NCBI GenBank assembly: GCA_002813105.2
Contig: CP017966.2
Coordinates: 790,745-854,744, forward strand
Reading direction: 5' to 3'
Length of the DNA stretch: 64,000 nt
Origin: Methanosarcinales archaeon Met12
Lineage (GTDB): Archaea > Halobacteriota > UBA148 > JAJOKI01
Shown here: positions 29,047 to 35,700 of the stretch, piece after piece
Numbering within the stretch: position 1 is the first letter of the stretch
Layout of the letters: each line of letters begins with the position of its first letter
The notes under the pieces: model-generated
What the model was told of the DNA's origin: nothing
The model's input: the letters and a program-made list of their open reading frames with translations, nothing else
Database searches by the model: none
Program-made: the position numbers and the translations under genes

Positions 29047-29775
29047 CTAATATTCCTTATATAAATGTATTTTGGAGTTGTCATGGATTATACAGTCATT
29101 ATAAATATTGGATAGCCTGACCGAGTGAATCGGTATCTGCACGTAGGTTTCCCCCTCTATCTTCTTAAACTTTGACGGGTCGATTCCATCCTCCAGTTCA
29201 ACTACCATGTCGTGCAGATAACCAGTGTCGGTATCAAAGGTGACGTTGCATACGGTTCCAAGAGGTGTGCCGTCACCAAACACAATTTGCCGATTCAATA
29301 TATCCTTCACCAGCACCCCGCGAATCATCTCGTCCTTATATTGGTGCATTAGGCGCTGAATCAATCTCTCCTTGTTGTTAAGAGATGTCATGCTCATGCC
29401 AATTAAGTCCATGGGCACCTTGATGTCGGTTGCCTCTCCCAGACCTGAAAATTCGCCTTTGCGCCAGCACAGCATCGCATAGACCAGACATTGCGCATAA
29501 GCGAACGGATAGGCATCTGCAAATTTGCCGTGAATATTTCGAGCATGCTCATTCCCTGGGTCGATGAGAAAATCGTTTGCTATCTTTCGCACCTCGTCTG
29601 CGATAACCTTTTCCACATCCAGATTATTTCTCAATAAGCCAACTGCTCTTGGAATTGCCAGTTTCATATAGTGCTCGATTGCCGAGTCATCAACCGGCTC
29701 CAGAAGAAAATTCCAGGGAAATAGCCGCGATTTGAGATAATTGTATGCCTTATTTGTGCTTAGTTCTATCGACAT
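29047..29775 (-). CDS. PRC-barrel domain protein with unknown N-terminal domain
   Basis: The C-terminal VLVKDILNRQIVFGDGTPLGTVCNVTFDTDTGYLHDMVVEL fits the PRC-barrel pattern. Confidence 0.6.
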   Translation of the reverse strand: MSIELSTNKAYNYLKSRLFPWNFLLEPVDDSAIEHYMKLAIPRAVGLLRNNLDVEKVIADEVRKIANDFLIDPGNEHARNIHGKFADAYPFAYAQCLVYAMLCWRKGEFSGLGEATDIKVPMDLIGMSMTSLNNKERLIQRLMHQYKDEMIRGVLVKDILNRQIVFGDGTPLGTVCNVTFDTDTGYLHDMVVELEDGIDPSKFKKIEGETYVQIPIHSVRLSNIYNDCIIHDNSKIHLYKEY

Positions 29776-30676
29776 TGTGCTTCCTTATAAATTCGGTAAT
29801 CTTTCTCAATGTTGATTTTTCTTCTACTCCCTCGTCATCTTCATTGCCGCTCTCCTCACTGCCACAGAGCATCTGGACCCATCTTCCAAAGTCCGTCACC
29901 GCGTATCTATCGCCATATTTTTCAACGAGATAAGGGTCCCATTTGTCCTCAGTCAGGTACTTCAACGCCTCTTCAAGACGTTCATCATACAGGTCGGTTA
30001 TGCGCCCTTTGTATTCCCCATCCTCGCGACTGCAGACGTCTTGCAGCTCTTTCAAACTCATTTCTGAATTTGAGTTCAGACGTCTAAAGACGTCAAACGC
30101 ATAATCTTTTTCCTTGAGTCGTTTCCAGGAGGAGTCCATCTTGTTGGCTCTGCCCAACATCTTTTTTGCCGACTCCTGGAGTATCGTAGTAACGTAATTT
30201 AAGACGCTCAATGCAGCTAAGTTATTCGCATCAGGGGCATTGATTTCGATTCCTTTGCTGGACATAATTGCATTTTTAAATTGAATTGCAGGTTTTGGTT
30301 TGTTGAACAATATGTCCGTTATCGCCATGTAATATTGGGCGGAAATCGATTCGTACTCGCTGTCATAATGATATATGCCATCCTTTCGCTGGTCAAGACT
30401 TGGAGCAAAGTCCGATGTCATGTCGAGAAGCTCAGATGTGACGTGCGATATATCTATAGAGGCGTCCTCTCGTTTCGCTTTAACCGTCCTAAGCCTGTTC
30501 GCCTCCTCCTCCAATTGTGACCTGAGTTTGCCGCCGATGCCCTTGTCCAATAGTTTCTCAATTTCCTCCAGCTCTTTTATCTTGCCATCTGTCTCATTGA
30601 CATCAATCCCCTTCTTGAGGTCCCAGTATTTAACTGCCAGGGCATTTACTATCTCATTGAATGTAACCTGAGTCAT
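29750..30676 (-). CDS. hypothetical coiled-coil protein (first gene of the cetZ operon)
   Basis: About 308 aa, acidic and helical. AGGGGAG lies upstream of ATG 30676. Overlaps the next gene by 26 nt. Confidence 0.55.
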   Translation of the reverse strand: MTQVTFNEIVNALAVKYWDLKKGIDVNETDGKIKELEEIEKLLDKGIGGKLRSQLEEEANRLRTVKAKREDASIDISHVTSELLDMTSDFAPSLDQRKDGIYHYDSEYESISAQYYMAITDILFNKPKPAIQFKNAIMSSKGIEINAPDANNLAALSVLNYVTTILQESAKKMLGRANKMDSSWKRLKEKDYAFDVFRRLNSNSEMSLKELQDVCSREDGEYKGRITDLYDERLEEALKYLTEDKWDPYLVEKYGDRYAVTDFGRWVQMLCGSEESGNEDDEGVEEKSTLRKITEFIRKHNVDRTKHK

Positions 30677-30741
30677 AATGGCTCCCCTATCGATAACCAT
30701 AAATTGCCATGTTACATATATAAGATTTATATATAAGATTT

Positions 30742-30784
30742 GTTGAAATGTTGTAACTCCGTCTAAATCTGTTGATTTAGTCGG
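30742..30784. repeat. X-type imperfect hairpin plus H2-arm remnants
   Basis: GTTGAAATGTTGTAAC followed by CCGTCTAAATC TGTT GATTTAGTCGG. This is the reverse orientation of the X hairpins at 34004 and 41232. Confidence 0.6.
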
Positions 30785-30823
30785 TTTTTAATCTACGTCA
30801 TAACGAAGATGTGAGTGATATAT

Positions 30824-31993
30824 ATGAAGTATCTCGTACTCGTTGGAGATGGCATGGCTGATCTACCGTCGAAGGAGTTGGACGGCAGGACTCCTCTGCA
30901 GGTAGCCAACATCCCAAACATGGATTTCATCGCAAATAACGGCAGAAACGGAATTGTGAAAACCATACCCGATGGAATGTCCCCAGGTAGTGATGTCGCC
31001 ATCCTGTCGATTCTCGGTTATGACCCCAGAGTATATTATACGGGCAGGGGTCCATTAGAGGCAGCAAGCATGGATGTAGTTCTAAACCGAGATGATGTGG
31101 CGTTCAGATGCAATCTGGTGACGGTGAAGGATGAAATCATGGTCGACTATAGCGCCGGCCATATCCCAACCGAAGAGAGTCGGATTCTGATCAAACATAT
31201 CGATGAAAAACTGGGGGACGAGGTAACTAAATTTTATCCAGGGGCCAGTTACCGCCACCTGCTGGTGCTCGGCAACGGCAAGGGCAAGGGTGCGAAGTGC
31301 ACTCCGCCGCACGACATAGTTGACAAATCCATCGAGAAATACCTGCCTCGTGATGGGGGCTTTCTAAAAAAGTTAATGCGCGATTCAATGCCCATCCTTG
31401 ATGAACACGACGTCAATCGCAGACGCGTGAGCGCTGGCAAAAGTCCAGCGAACATGATATGGCTGTGGGGACAGGGGATGGCGCCGACTATGCCCTCTTT
31501 TGAAAAACTATATGGCATAAGTGGCTCTGTGATTTCTGACGTAAATTTAGTAAAAGGCATCGGCAGGTGCGCTGATTTAAACGTCGTAAACGTGCCAGGA
31601 GCCACAGGATACCTGGATACCAATTACGAGGGAATGGCAGATTATGCGCTGAGCGCCCTAAAAAATGATGATTTCGTCTTTTTGCATGTGGAAGCGCCCG
31701 ACGAGGCAGGACATATGGGGGATATCAGAGCCAAAATTAAGGCGATAGAAGATTTTGACGAAAAAGTCGTAGGGCGCGTGTTGGCTAATATCTATGGTGA
31801 ATACAGGATAATGGTGCTTTCGGACCACTCAACACCGATTTCGCTTAGAACCCATACCGCAGACCCGGTGCCATTCGCCATATACTCGACGGATGGCGGT
31901 GCGGATGACATCAGGTCATTTGACGAAGCTTCGGCAAGAAAAGGGATTTTTTTAAAAGATGGTCATACACTGATGAATATGCTCATCTATTAA
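30824..31993 (+). CDS. apgM: 2,3-bisphosphoglycerate-independent phosphoglycerate mutase (archaeal ApgM)
   Basis: MKYLVLVGDGMADLP and FVFLHVEAPDEAGHMGD. Confidence 0.9.
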   Translation: MKYLVLVGDGMADLPSKELDGRTPLQVANIPNMDFIANNGRNGIVKTIPDGMSPGSDVAILSILGYDPRVYYTGRGPLEAASMDVVLNRDDVAFRCNLVTVKDEIMVDYSAGHIPTEESRILIKHIDEKLGDEVTKFYPGASYRHLLVLGNGKGKGAKCTPPHDIVDKSIEKYLPRDGGFLKKLMRDSMPILDEHDVNRRRVSAGKSPANMIWLWGQGMAPTMPSFEKLYGISGSVISDVNLVKGIGRCADLNVVNVPGATGYLDTNYEGMADYALSALKNDDFVFLHVEAPDEAGHMGDIRAKIKAIEDFDEKVVGRVLANIYGEYRIMVLSDHSTPISLRTHTADPVPFAIYSTDGGADDIRSFDEASARKGIFLKDGHTLMNMLIY

Positions 31994-32007
31994 TGGGGCA
32001 ATGGAGC

Positions 32008-32778
32008 ATGACATTGAGAATCGAGGCATTTACAGTAACTGGAATCCCCATGATACAAAAAGGGGATGATATCGGCGTGATTATATCAGAATTAGCGCAA
32101 CTGGAGCATGTTGATATAGTGCTAATCGCCTCAACGATCGTATCCAAGTCCGAGGGGCGGGTCCTTGCACTGGATGATATCGCGCCAAGAGAGGATGCCA
32201 ATCGCATTGCGCATATAAATCAGGAAGACCCAAGATTTGTTCAGGCCGTTCTGGATGAGAGCGATGAGATGTTGATTGAAGCTCCTTTTATGCTGACTAA
32301 GATAAAATGCGGACATACCTGCGTGAATGCCGGGGTCGACAGGTCCAATGTCGAAGATGGTTTCATAGTGCCGTTGCCAGAGAATCCTGACGCAAGCGCA
32401 AAGAGGATTAAAGACGTCATCTTCGATAGAACTGGAAAGCGCGTTGGCATCGTCATCACGGATACGTGCGGGCGCCCGTTCAGGATTGGACAGACAGGTG
32501 TTGCGGTTGGATGCGCAGGAGTTCCTGCCATGAGGGCATGGAAGGGAAAAAAAGACCTGTTTGGCAGGGAACTGAAGGCGACCAACGAAGCCATCGTAGA
32601 TGAGCTGGCGGGCTTTGCCAATCTGTTGATGGGGGAAGGTAACGGTGCCACCCCTGTTGTGATAATCAGGGGCGTGGAATGGGAAGAGTGTGAGGACGGA
32701 GTTCGCAAGCTCTACAGGTTAGAGGCAGAGGACGTGATTAAAAAAGCGCTATTGGCCGGACGAGATGTGCTCGACTAG
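32008..32778 (+). CDS. cofE: coenzyme F420:L-glutamate ligase
   Basis: About 255 aa. GIPMIQKGDDIG...IASTIVSKSEGR...GIVITDTCGRPFRIGQTGVAVG matches the CofE pattern. Confidence 0.85.
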   Translation: MTLRIEAFTVTGIPMIQKGDDIGVIISELAQLEHVDIVLIASTIVSKSEGRVLALDDIAPREDANRIAHINQEDPRFVQAVLDESDEMLIEAPFMLTKIKCGHTCVNAGVDRSNVEDGFIVPLPENPDASAKRIKDVIFDRTGKRVGIVITDTCGRPFRIGQTGVAVGCAGVPAMRAWKGKKDLFGRELKATNEAIVDELAGFANLLMGEGNGATPVVIIRGVEWEECEDGVRKLYRLEAEDVIKKALLAGRDVLD

Positions 32779-33378
32779 CTCTGCAAAGGCAAGACTGCCA
32801 GAAATTTTCTTAATTCGAGCTTTGACGATGTCTCCAGTTTTGACATTTGGTATAAATATCGTGTATTTATCCATTTTGGCGATGCCGTCCCCCTTCCTGC
32901 CAACGGCATCGACGCGGACTTCATAGACCTTGTCCTCTTCCAGTCCCTTCACGATAGTTGCCTTTTGAGCCCGTCTTTTTTTGATGGGCCTATGTCCGCC
33001 GCACGCATCGCATTTTAACATTAATACCCTGTTCATCTTTACAAGATGCGTATCCGGTAGCCTGCATTCCGAGCAGATAACATATTCATTGGCATAATTA
33101 TCTATGTGCGACTTGATGACGTCTGCTGAAAAACGTCCCTGAAATATCGTCCGATTCCCTTCGACCTTGCCAGCAGTACCGATTTCTCTGAGCAGATATT
33201 TTATGAGGTGGTCTGCATCTCTATTTAGAACATCAACTATTTCTTTAAAATTATCGAGGATCGTCATCCTGCCCTCTAACAGTATTTTTGGTGCAGGTAT
33301 GACGAAGCGGGCCATATCGGTTTTTGTAGCTGGTGCTTGCTTGAGCGCACGGTCCAAAAATGCCTCATAATCTCCCAA
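32749..33378 (-). CDS. eif2b: translation initiation factor aIF2 beta with C-terminal TRAM domain
   Basis: aIF2-beta core with a CSEC...CDAC zinc finger, then GDGIAKMDKYTIFIPNVKTGDIVKARIKKISGSLAFAE (TRAM). Confidence 0.88.
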   Translation of the reverse strand: MGDYEAFLDRALKQAPATKTDMARFVIPAPKILLEGRMTILDNFKEIVDVLNRDADHLIKYLLREIGTAGKVEGNRTIFQGRFSADVIKSHIDNYANEYVICSECRLPDTHLVKMNRVLMLKCDACGGHRPIKKRRAQKATIVKGLEEDKVYEVRVDAVGRKGDGIAKMDKYTIFIPNVKTGDIVKARIKKISGSLAFAELVEHISSGQ

Positions 33379-33380
33379 AC

Positions 33381-33911
33381 TTACGTCCCCTTTGATTTGA
33401 TTAACTCTTCGCCCTTATCTACGACGATTCGACACGGTGTGGGAAGTTTATTGGTCGCTCTTCTAAGCGCATCCTTTGCAATGTTGAAGTGCTGCGGATG
33501 TACACCAAGTGTCATAATCTTTTGTCTCTGGTGAACACGCGCCGCGGTCCCAACTGCCTTGCCAAAGGCCTTTCGCATTCCATCAGAGATTCGATCTGCG
33601 CCCGCTCCTGTTGCTTGTTTATTCTCTCTGAGAACATGATGAGGAAACACATTTAGTTTGAGATGGTAGTTTAAACGCCCCACCTCTTTGAGTAATAGTC
33701 GGTTTGCAGAGACGCGCGCCGCCTCGAGAGAGCTATCCCTGACCTGACACGCCTCCATCACCATCAGCGTCAGAGATACAGGAAATTCATCGGTCAGATT
33801 GCCCATGTCAAACTGGACTATCTTGCTCCCTGGAATGCCTCCCATATATGTCTTGCGGGTGTATGCACGATCCTTAAGTGCCCGATACATTCTTGCTGGT
33901 TTTCTGACCAT
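33381..33911 (-). CDS. rpl10e: 50S ribosomal protein L10e (uL16)
   Basis: [38 protein letters not shown]. The ORF-track N-terminal extension runs through repeat elements and is not credible. Confidence 0.9.
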   Translation of the reverse strand: MVRKPARMYRALKDRAYTRKTYMGGIPGSKIVQFDMGNLTDEFPVSLTLMVMEACQVRDSSLEAARVSANRLLLKEVGRLNYHLKLNVFPHHVLRENKQATGAGADRISDGMRKAFGKAVGTAARVHQRQKIMTLGVHPQHFNIAKDALRRATNKLPTPCRIVVDKGEELIKSKGT

Positions 33912-33937
33912 TGTAGCCCTCTTATTATTTTGTGTAT

Positions 33938-34088
33938 GTCGCAGATGGAACATGTCACAGTTCGGAGAACTGTGAGAGTTGTATTTCCTTCGGAAATTCA
34001 ACACCGACTAACTCAGAAGAGTTAGACGGACTCACAGATCTTCGATCTGTGACCTCTGCGAGAGTTGTAACCCTGAAAGGGTTTCAAC
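33938..34088. repeat. nest of composite palindromic elements (H1, H2 and X hairpins)
   Basis: Partial H1 (GTCGCAGATGGAACAT), then a full 49-nt H1-H2 unit at 33954-34002, X hairpin at 34004-34029, H1 at 34032-34052, an orphan half-H1, and H2 at 34064-34088. Confidence 0.75.
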
Positions 34089-34090
34089 AT

Positions 34091-35035
34091 TTATATAAAC
34101 CTTATTGATGCTCCAGTGTTTCTTGCACGTACGGTCATGACGTCGCCTCCAATACTAGTTTTCAGATGCTCCTTTACGGCATCCTGAAGTCCAGAGGGTT
34201 GATCGGCAATTCCATACACGAGTGGGCCAAAGGAACTCATCCCAGCGCCTGCTGCGCCGTTCTGAAGCATCACGTCCATTATTTCCCTGGCAATCGGCTG
34301 GAGCTCGATTTCCCTTCGCTTAAAGCCGATATCTTGGATTCGATTAATCGCGGACCCGAAGGTCGTCAAATCCTCCTCAAATAGGGCAGGCAGCAATTCC
34401 ATGAGTATCACATGCGAGACGGCTTGTACCTCCCTTATGGGAATCGGACATTCTCTTTGAAATATGTCGACCTCCCTCACACCAGACGCTCCCTGCAGAT
34501 TTGGAATGGCCAGCACGATATCCCAGTCTGGAAAATCGTGCCTTATCAGCACTGGAGGTGGTGAAGCATGACTAACTGCTGATGGCTTAAATCCTTTCTC
34601 CTCGAATTTGTGCCCGCCATCGAGGATAAATCCTCCCTGCTCGAATGCAGCAACGCCTATGCCAGATGTGCCGCCCCTCTTGACAATCTTCGCCAGCTCA
34701 TAGACGGACAATCCGAGGTCGTATAACATATTTACAGCCATTCCCGCAGCGAGAGATGCCTGGGTGCCGGAGCCCAGACCCACGTGTGAGAGTATATCCT
34801 CCTCGATGGTGATATGTGCACCCCTGTCTCCACCTGCTATCATTTCAGCGCTCCTCCTCACGCGTTCGCACAGGGCGCTGTCGCCCTCTACTGTCACTCC
34901 GTCGGCTTTTTCTGCAGAGAGGATGAGAGATGGCTGGTCTAATGTGATGCCAATGCCGCCGTCCACCCTTCCCAGCGCCCCGTTTAAGTCGATCAGCGTG
35001 ATATGTATCCTCGATGGCGTCCTGATCTTGATCAT
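34091..35035 (-). CDS. beta-ribofuranosylaminobenzene 5'-phosphate (RFAP) synthase, GHMP-kinase fold
   Basis: MIKIRTPSRIHITLIDLNG and the HVGLGSGTQ motif, as in the methanopterin-pathway RFAP synthase. Confidence 0.8.
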   Translation of the reverse strand: MIKIRTPSRIHITLIDLNGALGRVDGGIGITLDQPSLILSAEKADGVTVEGDSALCERVRRSAEMIAGGDRGAHITIEEDILSHVGLGSGTQASLAAGMAVNMLYDLGLSVYELAKIVKRGGTSGIGVAAFEQGGFILDGGHKFEEKGFKPSAVSHASPPPVLIRHDFPDWDIVLAIPNLQGASGVREVDIFQRECPIPIREVQAVSHVILMELLPALFEEDLTTFGSAINRIQDIGFKRREIELQPIAREIMDVMLQNGAAGAGMSSFGPLVYGIADQPSGLQDAVKEHLKTSIGGDVMTVRARNTGASIRFI

Positions 35036-35065
35036 CGTTTTAATCGTTCCACCACTCTTCTGTCT

Positions 35066-35114
35066 GTCGCAGTTCGGAGAACTGCGAGAGTTGTAATTCC
35101 TTTGGAATTTCAAC
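35066..35114. repeat. 49-nt H1-H2 composite palindromic element
   Basis: GTCGCAGTTCGGAGAACTGCGAGAGTTGTAATTCCTTTGGAATTTCAAC, in the 5' region of the RFAP synthase gene. Confidence 0.75.
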
Positions 35115-35176
35115 ATCAACGAATTTTTCAACAGTCATATCAGTAGCCCTGAACCAAAATACAAAAAACCATGTCA

Positions 35177-35398
35177 CTAACTCGATGCTTCTTGTAGTAC
35201 ATCCGCTAGATATTCTCTTCGTTTGCTGGAGACATATGATGTGATCCTTTGAATGAACGTGGCGGTCTTAGTATCAAAATACTTCTCGCCGCACTGCGTA
35301 CACACCTCTGCAGGCATCTCTCTTACGGAAACACCTCTAATCTCAACTTCGACGAGTTTCTTTTCGACTTTGCCGCCACACGAATAGCAGGTCTTCAT
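35177..35398 (-). CDS. YgiT/MqsA-type zinc-ribbon protein (putative antitoxin)
   Basis: CYSCGG...CTQCGEKYF, 73 aa. 4-nt overlap with the upstream DUF4258 gene. Confidence 0.6.
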   Translation of the reverse strand: MKTCYSCGGKVEKKLVEVEIRGVSVREMPAEVCTQCGEKYFDTKTATFIQRITSYVSSKRREYLADVLQEASS

Positions 35399-35700
35399 TT
35401 CACGCTTCTCCTTTGTTTATAGTCATCTTTCCATATATTTAAGTCTGGCCTATAAACTATTATGATAATCAATGCATCCTCATGGGGCGCGCATACTACA
35501 TGTATGGGTGATTTGTGTATCGAGCACAGCAAGAGGCAGCTGGCCCCTCTGGGATCATCTGGATGTTCCTCGATAACATCAAAATCTTGTTTCAGGGCTT
35601 GCTCTAGTTCTTCAGCAGTGATATTTTCAAGGGACTCTTTTTCAACCGCATGTAACGTGTGTCGTATGTTGTTAAGGCGTGATATTATTTCATCTCGCAT
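35395..35700 (-). CDS. DUF4258-like toxin
   Basis: C-terminal [22 protein letters not shown] pattern. ATG 35700 is preferred because the longer ORF would overlap ileS by 145 nt. Confidence 0.6.
   Translation of the reverse strand: MRDEIISRLNNIRHTLHAVEKESLENITAEELEQALKQDFDVIEEHPDDPRGASCLLLCSIHKSPIHVVCAPHEDALIIIIVYRPDLNIWKDDYKQRRSVK

Noticed and set aside
33912-34004. N-terminal extensions of rpl10e (to 34004) and of the RFAP synthase gene (to 35131) in the ORF track.
   Set aside because: The extensions are translations of the palindromic repeat elements. The conserved protein N-termini ([10 protein letters not shown] and MIKIRTPSRIH) start at internal ATGs.
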